DNA from: Bradymonadia bacterium
Lineage (GTDB): Bacteria > Myxococcota_A > Bradymonadia > UBA7976 > UBA1532
Assembly (NCBI GenBank): GCA_049318805.1
Contig: JBMOFP010000004.1
Span: forward strand, 493-64,492
Length of the DNA: 64,000 nucleotides
Direction of reading: 5' to 3'
Below are positions 20,109 to 29,149 of the stretch, one piece after another; the first letter of the stretch is position 1; the number at the start of each line of letters is the position of its first letter. The translations under genes and the position numbers were made by a program. Below the pieces are notes generated by a model. The model searched no databases. It worked only from the letters and a program-made list of their open reading frames with translations, and was not told the DNA's origin.

Positions 20109-20963
20109 ATGCCGTCGAGCCAACCGGCCGGCGGGACGATGAGCAAGTTCTTCCTGGGCAGTCAAACCGTCGAAGACGTCACGTTCCTGAAGGTCTCGGG
20201 CACGATCGACGAGGACAACACGCTCGCGTCGAGTCTGAAGAAGATCGACGGGCACACGGTCGTGGTCGACCTCGCCGGGGTCGAGCGCATCAACAGCTGC
20301 GGTGTCCGCGACTGGGTGAACTGGCTCAACGACCTCGAGGGACGCGGCAAGCAGGTCGTGCTGGTGCGCTGCAGCCCCGTGATCGTCAACCAGGTGAACC
20401 TGGTGCACAACTTCGCGGGGCGCGGCCACGTGAAGAGCTTCTTCGCGCCCTACTACTGCGGGCGTTGCGACCGCGAGCAGCTTCGCCTGGTGCAGGCCGA
20501 GGAGCTGGGGCGCGGCGCCGGCCCGAAGGCCCCGAAGGTGCTCGGCGAGGGCTGCAACACGGTGCCCTGCGAGATGGCCTTCGACGACCTCGAGGACGCG
20601 TACTTCTCGTTTTTGCCGCGCGCCGGCGCCGTCTCCGTCGACCAGGGCCTGCAGAAGCTGATCGACGGCTTCTCTCCTTCGTTGAAGGACCGCATCAAGC
20701 GACTCGACGCCGTCGAGAAGGGCAGCGGTGAGGGCGGCGCGCCCAGCACGAGCCAGTATTCTCCGCTCACGGGTGCGGGCTCGGGCCTGAGCTTGAACCT
20801 CGGGGGGACCTCGGGCGGACGCTCGAGCCTCTCGGGGGAAGGCACGCCGGCGACGGCGCCCGCGGCCCGGTCCAGCGTCGGGTTCAAGGCCCTGATCGGC
20901 GCGGCGGCGCTGGTCGCGCTCGCCATCGTCGGCTACGTCGTCTTCTACGTGTTCGGCGCATGA
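20109..20963 (+). CDS. STAS (anti-sigma antagonist-like) protein with Cys cluster and C-terminal TM anchor
   Basis: KVSGTIDED...VVVDLAGVERINSCGVRDW matches the STAS core. It is followed by YCGRC...GCNTVPC and a TM helix. Start is 20109 (RBS GGGGA) or 20139. Confidence 0.85.
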   Translation: MPSSQPAGGTMSKFFLGSQTVEDVTFLKVSGTIDEDNTLASSLKKIDGHTVVVDLAGVERINSCGVRDWVNWLNDLEGRGKQVVLVRCSPVIVNQVNLVHNFAGRGHVKSFFAPYYCGRCDREQLRLVQAEELGRGAGPKAPKVLGEGCNTVPCEMAFDDLEDAYFSFLPRAGAVSVDQGLQKLIDGFSPSLKDRIKRLDAVEKGSGEGGAPSTSQYSPLTGAGSGLSLNLGGTSGGRSSLSGEGTPATAPAARSSVGFKALIGAAALVALAIVGYVVFYVFGA

Positions 20964-21505
20964 CGATGCAGCCTCTCCTCACCCTGCTCGAGCGCATCGG
21001 CGATGCCGTGCCCGACGCGTGGGTCGTGGTCGATCCCCGGGGCCGCGTCGTGGAGATGAATCGCCCGTTTCACACGCTCTTCTCGCGCGCCGTGGCGCGG
21101 AAGCTCCGGGAGAGCGCGTGCTGCGAACACTTGAAGCTGTCGACCTGCGACGGCGGCCAGTGCCTCGCCCGACGCTGTCTCGCCGATGGCCGCGCGCTGC
21201 GTCTGGACGAGATCGAGGCCCGGATCGAGGGCGAGGCGACCCCACGTCGTTTCATCGTGAGCGCGGTCCCGTTGAGTGTCTCCGACGACGCGCCCGCGGA
21301 GGGCGCGCTGATTGTTCTTCGGGACGTCTCGGACCAGGCCGGGGTGCAGCGCAAGTACCAGGAGATGCTCACCGAAGAGACCCAGGAGAAGGAGCGTTTG
21401 CGGGGCGAGCTGCAGCGCAAGACGCGTGAGCTGATGGAGACGCATCAGACGTTGAATCAGGCGCAACAAGCGCTGATGGCCTTCAAGAAAGGGCTCGTCG
21501 GCTAG
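20960..21505 (+). CDS. PAS-domain protein with C-terminal coiled coil
   Basis: DAWVVVDPRGRVVEMNRPF and LIVLRDVS PAS motifs. ATGA overlap with the STAS gene. Confidence 0.85.
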   Translation: MTMQPLLTLLERIGDAVPDAWVVVDPRGRVVEMNRPFHTLFSRAVARKLRESACCEHLKLSTCDGGQCLARRCLADGRALRLDEIEARIEGEATPRRFIVSAVPLSVSDDAPAEGALIVLRDVSDQAGVQRKYQEMLTEETQEKERLRGELQRKTRELMETHQTLNQAQQALMAFKKGLVG

Positions 21506-23142
21506 TGCTGAAGTTCATCGCCCACCTGCCGATCCGCGTGAAGCTGATGGCCACCACCCTGGCGCTGGTGGTCTTCACGGTCGGTCTGTACGGGCTCATG
21601 AACCTGCGCGACCTGCGCCGTGTGCACGACGAGTCGCGGGACGCTCAGCAGGACATGGTCCTGGAGAACGTCACGGCCGACGCGCAGAACGTGATGCTCG
21701 CGCTGCGCTCGACGGCGGCCATCTTCCTGTCGAGCTCGGCCTACGGTGACCTGGAGGCGCTCGTCGGCCAGATGCGACGCCAAGACGCGCGCCTCGTCTT
21801 TGTGCGGGTCGTGGACGTCGACGGCCGCGCCGTCGTGACCTCGGGCGAGGTCGAAGGGTCGAGGGCCGGCACGACCGTGCTGCCGGCCCCCCAGCAGGCG
21901 AAGGGGGCGGTGAAGGTCGAGCTCCTCGGACGCGAGGGTGTGCCGCGCCTCTTGGTGGCCGAGGCGCCCATCGAGTCCGCGAGCGGGGGCATCGCCGGGC
22001 GCGTCGAGGCCGGCTGGTCCATCGCGCACCTCGCCGACCGCAACGCCGCCATCGCCGCCCGGGTCGAGGAACGCAAGGACCGCAGCGCCGTGAACGCGCT
22101 GGTCCTCGGCGCGCTGCTCACGGTGCTGGCGGCGATCCTCACGGTGCTCCAGAGCCTGCGCATCACCCGACCGATTCGGGACCTGACGGACAGCGTCGAG
22201 CGCATCGCCCACGGCGAGCTCAAAGAGCGCGTGCGCATCGACACGAGCGACGAGCTCGGGGTGCTCGCCCGCAACTTCAACTACATGGCGGAGCGCATCG
22301 GCGTCCTGCTCAAGGACACCAAAGAGAAGGCCACCCTCGAGAAGGAGCTCGAGGTCGCGCGGGTCATCCAGGAGTCGCTGCTGCCCCCCTCGACGCTGAT
22401 CGACGTGGGCTTCATCCAGTTCCAGGGCTTCTTCCGGAGCGCGAGCATCTGCGGGGGCGACTGGTGGAGCTATGCGAAGCTGCCGGGGGGCAAGGTGCTC
22501 ATCCTGATCGGCGACGTCACCGGCCACGGTGTGAGCAGCGCGATGATCACCGCCGCGGCCAAGTCGTGCTGCGACACGTTGCGGCACGTCACCGAGGGCG
22601 AGCTCACCGTCACGTTCCTGCTCGAGGAGCTGAACAAGACCATCTACGAGGCCGCGAACCGCAAGTTCGTCATGACCTTCTTCGCGACCATCCTCGATCC
22701 GGCGAAGCGCACCATCACGTTCAGCAACGCCGGTCACAACTTCCCACTCCTCTTTCGCGCGCAGCCGCGACCCGACGAGCCGAACGTCGTGCCCCTCGTC
22801 ACGCGCGGCAACCGCCTGGGGGACGTCATGGAGAGCCGCTTCGTGGAGCGGACCGTCGGCTACGAGGCCGGTGACGTGCTCGTCTGGTACACGGACGGCC
22901 TCACGGAGGGCGAGAACGCCGCGCGCGAAGCCTACGGCGAGAAGCGCTTGCGGCGCAGCGTCCAGGCGACGGTGGAGCGTGGCCCGGACGCGATCCTCGA
23001 ACGGATCCTGAAGGACGCCGAGAGCTACTTCTCGAACTTCGCGCGCCCGGAGGACGACATCACGCTCGTCGTGGCGAAGTTCAAGGCGGGGGGCGCACCG
23101 GCCCTGCCGCCGCCGGTGCCAAGGCCACCACCCGGTCCGTGA
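21505..23142 (+). CDS. Membrane HAMP + SpoIIE/PP2C (RsbU-like) phosphatase
   Basis: Two TM helices, HAMP (ITRPIRDL...DELGVLARNFN), ELEVARVIQESLLP, GGDWW, IGDVTGHG, YTDGLTE, EDDITLV. Confidence 0.97.
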   Translation: MLKFIAHLPIRVKLMATTLALVVFTVGLYGLMNLRDLRRVHDESRDAQQDMVLENVTADAQNVMLALRSTAAIFLSSSAYGDLEALVGQMRRQDARLVFVRVVDVDGRAVVTSGEVEGSRAGTTVLPAPQQAKGAVKVELLGREGVPRLLVAEAPIESASGGIAGRVEAGWSIAHLADRNAAIAARVEERKDRSAVNALVLGALLTVLAAILTVLQSLRITRPIRDLTDSVERIAHGELKERVRIDTSDELGVLARNFNYMAERIGVLLKDTKEKATLEKELEVARVIQESLLPPSTLIDVGFIQFQGFFRSASICGGDWWSYAKLPGGKVLILIGDVTGHGVSSAMITAAAKSCCDTLRHVTEGELTVTFLLEELNKTIYEAANRKFVMTFFATILDPAKRTITFSNAGHNFPLLFRAQPRPDEPNVVPLVTRGNRLGDVMESRFVERTVGYEAGDVLVWYTDGLTEGENAAREAYGEKRLRRSVQATVERGPDAILERILKDAESYFSNFARPEDDITLVVAKFKAGGAPALPPPVPRPPPGP

Positions 23143-23782
23143 GCCGGGTCACGCCGGCGGCCACAAAGCCGGGGTTCGCGGAGAGCACGTCGGCGCTGTG
23201 GAGCAGGCTGAGCCCGAAACGTGCGCCGAAGAGGGCGTAGACCTCGTCGGCTTCGACGGAAAACGGCGGACCGACACGCTCTGCCTGGGGGTACTCGAGC
23301 GTGATCAAGAGGCCGCGGACGCTGGGCGGGAGCGCCGCACACATCACCTCGGCGTAGGCGGCGCGCTGCGTGGGCGCGAGCGCGATGAGGGCCGCGCGGT
23401 CGTAGAACGCGACGACATCGGACACATCGAGCGCGGGCAGGTCGAAGACGTCCCCGACGGCGACCTCGAGCCCGCCCCCGGACAACACCGTGAACGGCCC
23501 CTCGGTCCGAACGCTCGGTGAGAGGCCCTGCTGGTCGAAGAGCTGCTCTGCGGCCTGAAGACTACAGTCGAGCCCGAGGACCGGGTGCCCCTGCGCCACG
23601 AGCCACGGGAGGTCGAGGCTCTTGCCGCACAAGGGCACGAAGACGCGTCCGCCCGGCGCGACGGCGAGCGCCGACCAGAAGCGCACGAGGTGCGGGTTGA
23701 CCTCGTTCAGGTGCCACCCGGTCTCCCCACGCGCCCAACGGGACTGCCAATACTGCGGATCGGGGACCGTCAAAGTGCTCAT
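23081..23782 (-). CDS. tpm: Thiopurine S-methyltransferase (TPMT/Se-Te methylase family)
   Basis: YWQSRWARGETGWH, RVFVPLCGKSLDL, FYDRAALIAL, GPPFSV. Confidence 0.95.
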   Translation of the reverse strand: MSTLTVPDPQYWQSRWARGETGWHLNEVNPHLVRFWSALAVAPGGRVFVPLCGKSLDLPWLVAQGHPVLGLDCSLQAAEQLFDQQGLSPSVRTEGPFTVLSGGGLEVAVGDVFDLPALDVSDVVAFYDRAALIALAPTQRAAYAEVMCAALPPSVRGLLITLEYPQAERVGPPFSVEADEVYALFGARFGLSLLHSADVLSANPGFVAAGVTRLTDRVVALAPAAAGPVRPPP

Positions 23783-23861
23783 GGCGGGGACCTCGGGTTC
23801 ATCGGTCTGGGAACTCGCCCGTGGAGTTGCGAGGGAATCAGGGCGAGCGTAGCTTCGCTCT

Positions 23862-26324
23862 GTGACGATGCCGCGCGCGATTCTTCTTTCGCTCGGGCTC
23901 GCCGGCGCGGCGACCGGGCTCCTCACGTTCGAGGCCCGCGCCCAGGGACGCTACCAGCCGCAGGCGGCGGCGTCCCGGCACTACGAGCAAGGTGAGGCGC
24001 AGCTGCGCGCCGCCGACGCTGCACGCGCGGAGGGCAAGGCCGCCGACGCCACGGAGCGCTACGTCGAGGCCGCCGCCGCGTTCCAGCGCGCCTTCGAGGG
24101 CGACGCGGCCTTCGTCGACGCCTACGTGAAGTACGGCCGCGCGCTCTACTCGGCCGGGCGGTCGGCGGACGCCGTGCAGCGCCTCGAGGCGGGTCTCGCC
24201 GCGCACCCCGACAGCCTCGAGCTGTCCTTCTGGTTGGGCAACGTGCTCGTGGCCGCGGGCCGCGCGGATGAGGGCGTCGGTCGCCTCGAGCGTGTGGTCC
24301 GCGCCAGCGAGGCCTTCCCCGAGGCGAGCCTCGTGCTCGGGAACCACGCCTACAAACAGAACGACTTCGCGCGCGCCGCGGGGCACCTCGCGACGTACGT
24401 CAAGGCCCGGCCCGACGACGTGAACGCGCGCGGCACCCTGGGGAACGCCTACTTCCGGCTCGAACGCTACGGGGACGCGCGCGGGGAGTTCGAGGCGGTC
24501 GAGCGACAGTCGCCCGGGAACATCCAGGTGCTCGTGAACCTGGGGAATTGCCACGCGCAGCTCGGTGAGTACGCCCGCGCCGTCGAGGTGCTCCAGAAGG
24601 CACTCCAAAAGGACCCGAGCCGCGAGAGCATTACGTTCAACCTGGGCCAGGCGTACTTCCAGTGGGGCAAGTGGGCCGAGGCCGCGCGGTGGTTCTCGGA
24701 CTATGCGAAGCGTCAGCCCGAGGCCTTCAACGGGCACTACTTCCTCGGCAGCGCGCTCTTCGAGCAAGGGCGAGACGACGAGGCCCTCGCCGCCCTCACG
24801 GCGGCGAAGCAGCGCAAGCCCGACGTGGCGATCGTGCACTACAAGGTCGGTCAGGTGAACCTGCGCAAGGGCGCGCTGGAGGCCGCGGATACAGCGCTCG
24901 CCGAGGCCGGGCGCCTTGCCCCGAACGACGCCTGGGTCCTCTCGGCCCAGGGTACCCTGGCCCGCCGACGCGGTCAGTTCGAGCAGGCCGTGACGCTGCA
25001 TCAGCGCGCCGTTGAACGCGCAGCGGACAAGGCACGCCTGCACGCGAACCTGGCGCTCAGCCGCGCGGCCGCAGGCCGCCTGGACGAGGCCGAGACCACG
25101 TTGGACAAGGCCATCGCGCTCGATGCCCAGGACACCTTCGTCCGGTCCAGCGCGGCCCACATCTGGACCCGGCGCGCGCAGGCCCTGCTGCTCGCGGCCG
25201 ACCCCGTGGGCGCCGAGCAGCGTTTGCGCAGGGTCCTGGGCCTCGCGCCTACGGACACCGCGGCCCGCGCGAACCTGGTGGTCGCGCTCGTGGCGCTCGG
25301 ACGCCCGGCGGTCGCGCTGACGGAGGTCGACACCGCCCTCGCCGCTGCCCCGGACGCGGCCGCGTTGCTCGAGGCCCGGGGACGCGCGCTCATGGCGCTC
25401 GGTCGTGTCCGCGACGCCATCGAGCCCCTGGCCGCGGCGCAGGCACGCGCGCCGGGCCCGACCCACGCCGCCTCGCTCGCGGCGGCCCTTTTGGCCGACG
25501 GCCAGGTCGAGCGCGCTTTCGCGACGCTCGCGCCCTTCGAGAAGACCAAAGCGGGGGAGTCGATCGCCCCCGGCGTCGCCCGAGCCCTGGGCAGCGCGCA
25601 TCTGCTCCGCGCGGCCGTGGAACTCAAGGCGAACGCTCAGCGCGGGCCGACGGACGCCGCGGTCGAGTCGCTGCGTTTCGCCCGCAAGAATGAGTCGGCT
25701 CTCGACGCCGGCGGGCGCGCACGCCTGGAGTATCTGGAGCTCATCGTCGCGCTGCGCAAGCAGGACGCGGGGGACGCCGCGGCGCGGCTCGGACGCATCG
25801 CCGGCCTCGACCCCGCCGCGTTGGACGTCAAGGAGGTCCCGCCGGGCCACCTCGAGACGCTGCAGGCCACGGCGCACCTTCTCGGGCGGCGGGAGGACAA
25901 GGCCGTCGCCGTGCTCGAAAAGACCCGGGGGGCGAAGCAGAAGGGCAGCGTCGAGGCTCGACTCTTGCGCCGAGCCTACGAGCGCCAGGCCGAGCGCGCC
26001 TTCGTCAACGGTGGGCTCGCCGAGGCCGGCAAGTGGCTCAAGGCCGCGAACGGCCTCGGGCGCGACGCCCTCGTCGACCACAACCTCTCCGCGCTGGAGC
26101 TCAAGACGGCCAAGGTCCGCGGCAAGCTCGAGGGGCGCTTCCGGGCGCTGACGAATCAGGTGCCCGAGGCGTGGTTCAACCTCGCGCTCGCGCTGGACGC
26201 GCAGGGCAAGCCCGAGGAGGCGTACCGGGCGTGGACACGCTACGCGCAGACGGGCGGACCGCACGCCGCGCGCGCCCGTGAACTCGCCGAGGCGCGGCGC
26301 CGTGTGTTGGGGATCGAACCATGA
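23862..26324 (+). CDS. Secreted TPR-repeat protein
   Basis: Signal peptide (ARAQ) and many canonical TPRs. TAGCTT lies 6 nt before GTG 23862. Confidence 0.9.
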   Translation: MTMPRAILLSLGLAGAATGLLTFEARAQGRYQPQAAASRHYEQGEAQLRAADAARAEGKAADATERYVEAAAAFQRAFEGDAAFVDAYVKYGRALYSAGRSADAVQRLEAGLAAHPDSLELSFWLGNVLVAAGRADEGVGRLERVVRASEAFPEASLVLGNHAYKQNDFARAAGHLATYVKARPDDVNARGTLGNAYFRLERYGDARGEFEAVERQSPGNIQVLVNLGNCHAQLGEYARAVEVLQKALQKDPSRESITFNLGQAYFQWGKWAEAARWFSDYAKRQPEAFNGHYFLGSALFEQGRDDEALAALTAAKQRKPDVAIVHYKVGQVNLRKGALEAADTALAEAGRLAPNDAWVLSAQGTLARRRGQFEQAVTLHQRAVERAADKARLHANLALSRAAAGRLDEAETTLDKAIALDAQDTFVRSSAAHIWTRRAQALLLAADPVGAEQRLRRVLGLAPTDTAARANLVVALVALGRPAVALTEVDTALAAAPDAAALLEARGRALMALGRVRDAIEPLAAAQARAPGPTHAASLAAALLADGQVERAFATLAPFEKTKAGESIAPGVARALGSAHLLRAAVELKANAQRGPTDAAVESLRFARKNESALDAGGRARLEYLELIVALRKQDAGDAAARLGRIAGLDPAALDVKEVPPGHLETLQATAHLLGRREDKAVAVLEKTRGAKQKGSVEARLLRRAYERQAERAFVNGGLAEAGKWLKAANGLGRDALVDHNLSALELKTAKVRGKLEGRFRALTNQVPEAWFNLALALDAQGKPEEAYRAWTRYAQTGGPHAARARELAEARRRVLGIEP

Positions 26325-27289
26325 AGGTCGCACAGGTGTGGGGGGTGATGGTCCTCGCCCTGGGCCTCGCGCTGCCGGGCCTGGGCCGCGCGCAGGCGCC
26401 CGCGTCGGCCCCTGCGGAGTCTCCAGCGGTCGTCGTCGGGGTCTACGTGCCGTCGGTCGCCTTCGGGGACTCCATGGCCCGCGCGCGCTTCGCCGAGGCC
26501 CTCGCCGCGAACCTGTCGCAGGCCATCGGCCGACCGGTGCGGGGCAAGGCCTTCGCCGGGGCCGGGGAGTTCTTCACGCAGGTCCAGGCCAACGAGGTCG
26601 ACTTCGCCGTCGTCGACGCCGCCGTGGCGCTGGAGCGGGGCGGCTTCACGCCGCTCGCCCAGGCGCAATCCGGCGGCAACCCCGCCCGCGCGCTCGTGCT
26701 GGTCGCCCAGAGTCCCGGCACCGTCGCGTCCTTCGCCGGCAAGTCCGTCGTCTTGCCCGAAGGTGTCGGTCGTGAGGACCGGTTTCTCGCGAACTTCGTG
26801 CTGCAGGGCCAGCTCGGCGCCGAGCACTTCGTACGTCAGAAGACCGTGCGCGATGCGCAGGCCGCCTTGAGCCTCGTCAAGCTCGGCAAGGCCGATCTCA
26901 CCGTCACCTGGGACGCCCAGGCCTCGGGCCTCGCCGTCGTGCTCTCGAGCCGACCGGCGCCGCTGCCCGTCTTCGTGCGGGCCCGCGCGGGCGTGCCGGC
27001 GGACGTGCAGGCCGCCGTCGCCAAGGCCGCGCCCGGGCTCAGCGTGGGCGCGGGCCCCTTCGAGGGCTTCGGGCCCTGGAACCCGAACGGCTCGGCCCTC
27101 TCGGCGCTGCGGTCCGCGCTCGGCGCCGCCCCCGGGGCCGCGCGGGTCGAGCCCGTCTTTGCGCCCTCGACCGGCGCGTTGCCCACACCCGAGGTGTTCC
27201 TCGGCGCGAGCCTCTCGCCCGGCGCAGCGCCGCTGCCCCCCGCCGCGGACCTCATCCTCGTGCCGGCCCCGCCGTCGGATCCGCTGTGA
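26321..27289 (+). CDS. Periplasmic substrate-binding protein (PhnD/SsuA-like fold)
   Basis: Signal peptide, then ALAANLSQAIGRPV, VDFAVVD, AALSLVKLGKAD, typical of type II PBPs. ATGA overlap. Confidence 0.75.
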   Translation: MKVAQVWGVMVLALGLALPGLGRAQAPASAPAESPAVVVGVYVPSVAFGDSMARARFAEALAANLSQAIGRPVRGKAFAGAGEFFTQVQANEVDFAVVDAAVALERGGFTPLAQAQSGGNPARALVLVAQSPGTVASFAGKSVVLPEGVGREDRFLANFVLQGQLGAEHFVRQKTVRDAQAALSLVKLGKADLTVTWDAQASGLAVVLSSRPAPLPVFVRARAGVPADVQAAVAKAAPGLSVGAGPFEGFGPWNPNGSALSALRSALGAAPGAARVEPVFAPSTGALPTPEVFLGASLSPGAAPLPPAADLILVPAPPSDPL

Positions 27290-28248
27290 CGTACACCGCG
27301 CTCCTGATCGGGGAGCCGTTGCGCGTCCGCGCCGCTCAACGCGTGGTCGTGTGCACGGGCGGCGAGCCCACGGTCGAACCGGACCCGGCGGCGGCCCTCG
27401 AGCGGCTCCGCACCCACGCCTTCAACCATGTCCTGGTCGATCTGAGCGCGCTCGGCGACGCGCCGTTGCCGACGCTCCGCGCGCTCGTCGCTCTGCGCCC
27501 GGGTGAGCCGCTGCTCCTGCTCGCGGCGCCGTCGCCGCCGCCGCCCGCCGTGCTCGTGGCGCTGCTCGCTGAACCGTGGTTCACCCACCTCGCGGCGATG
27601 GAGAGCCCGTGGTTCATGGAGGAGCTCGCGGCGACCCTGCGGAAGCTCGAGGGCGCGCCGCCCTTCGGTCCCGCGTGTGTCCTGCCCTGGGGGGCGGTGG
27701 TGCACTCCGTCCCGGTGGTGCGCAGCGAGGACAAAGCGACGGCGCTGCACGCGATCGCCCAGTTCCTCTCGCGACTCGGCATCGGCGGCCGAGTGCTCCA
27801 TCGTGTCCAGGACATCGCCGACGAGATGTTGATGAACGCCATCTACGACGCCCCCGTCGGCCCCGACGGCAAACCGCGCCACGCCGCCGCGAGCCGCACC
27901 ACCCCGGTGGCCTACGCGCCCGGGGAGGAGGCCGTGTTCAGCTTCGGCAGCGACGGCCGTTCGCTCGCGCTCTCGATCCAGGACCCCTTCGGCGCGCTCA
28001 CCCTCGACACCGTGCGGCGCTACCTCGCGCGCGGCCTGCATCGGGGGGACGACCAGATCGAAAAGAAGGCCGGGGGCGCCGGGCTCGGTCTGTATCTGGA
28101 GTGGGAGAGCCTCGGCAGCTTCACCGTGCACGTCGAGCCTGGCCGGCGGACCGAGATGCTCGGCTTACTCGACATCCGCGGGAGTTTTCGCGAGCTGGCG
28201 GCCGCACCCAAGAGCCTGTTCCTGTGGAGTCCGCGTTCGGCGGGCTAG
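27286..28248 (+). CDS. REC-like domain + HATPase (RsbW-like Ser kinase) protein
   Basis: N-terminal AFNHVLVDL REC-like part. C-terminal DEMLMNA (N box), IQDPFG (G1), GGAGLGLYL (G2), GRRTEM. No HisKA His. Confidence 0.7.
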   Translation: MTYTALLIGEPLRVRAAQRVVVCTGGEPTVEPDPAAALERLRTHAFNHVLVDLSALGDAPLPTLRALVALRPGEPLLLLAAPSPPPPAVLVALLAEPWFTHLAAMESPWFMEELAATLRKLEGAPPFGPACVLPWGAVVHSVPVVRSEDKATALHAIAQFLSRLGIGGRVLHRVQDIADEMLMNAIYDAPVGPDGKPRHAAASRTTPVAYAPGEEAVFSFGSDGRSLALSIQDPFGALTLDTVRRYLARGLHRGDDQIEKKAGGAGLGLYLEWESLGSFTVHVEPGRRTEMLGLLDIRGSFRELAAAPKSLFLWSPRSAG

Positions 28249-28259
28249 GCGCGTTGGAC

Positions 28260-28284
28260 TCGAAGCTCGAAGCTCGAAGCTCGA
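28260..28284. repeat. Short tandem repeat (TCGAAGC)x3.6
   Basis: Read directly, immediately upstream of the RBS of the 28298 gene. Confidence 0.85.
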
Positions 28285-28297
28285 GGAGAAGAGGAAC

Positions 28298-28945
28298 GTG
28301 TCGATGCGAGTCAGGTTCGAAAGCGCCGAGACGGGCGTCGTTCCGGGTCGACGCCGCTGCACCTGGCCGGGGCTGGCCCTCTTTGTCCTCACCTTGGGGT
28401 TGGGTGTTTTCCCAGCGCACGCGGAGACCCCCGAGATGTCGGAGAACGAGGAGAACCGGCAGGGCAAGGGCTGGCTGGTGGCGGGTGGCGTGAATTTTTA
28501 CGGGTTCGCGGGCCTGGTCGAGCGTTACGTCAGGCCGTGGTTGCTGGTCGGCCTGCACCCGCGCTTCGACGTCGACGAGGTGCCCTTCACCTCGACGCAA
28601 ACCGCCGGTTCGCTCGGCGTGCAGCTGCGCGCGATCCCCGAGGACCGATTCTACGCGTCCGTCGGCCTTCGCTACCGGGACGTGTCGCTTTTCCCCAGTT
28701 GCGACGACTCGGAGTGAGAAGACGAAGACACGGCGTACTACCAGACGCGCGACGTCGGGGCTGAGGTCTCCATCGGCCTTCAGTGGCAGTGGACCCACGT
28801 CACGATGGCCGTGGAGCTCTTCGCCTTGTATCTCCGCGGCCTGAGGCTGTCTGAGACGGGGACGCCCGAGACGGGCGACCGGAGCTCGACCGGCACCGAC
28901 TTACGCATCCTCCCGACCTCGTACCTTGGGTCGTCGTTCTCATAG
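28298..28945 (+). pseudogene. Outer-membrane beta-barrel-like gene interrupted by an in-frame TGA (28715-28717): pseudogene or recoded
   Basis: Signal peptide (AHA) and amphipathic strands. After the TGA the same frame stays open: EDEDTAYYQTRDVGAEVSIGLQWQWTHVTMAVELF...TSYLGSSFS to TAG 28943-28945. Confidence 0.65.
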
Positions 28946-29072
28946 GACGCTGGAAAAGGTCCGTCCATGGACTTTTCCAGCCCCGCTCCGCCGAAGTGAA
29001 TTCGGCTTTTCCAAAGCCTCGATGATTCCGCCGGGCCGTCCTGGCCGGCGCAGGCTGCCTTTTCAGCAGCCT
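28944..29072 (-). repeat. Palindromic dispersed repeat / MITE-like element, copy 2
   Basis: 64-bp exact inverted match to 1317-1380. It ends in TTTTCAGCAGCCT, the reverse complement of AGGCTGCTGAAAA. Confidence 0.8.
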
Positions 29073-29149
29073 TCTGGCACCTCGCGCAACCGTGCGGCCG
29101 ATGGTCACCACCGCTTGACCCGGCGCGCGGGCCGGCTCCAGATGCACCC

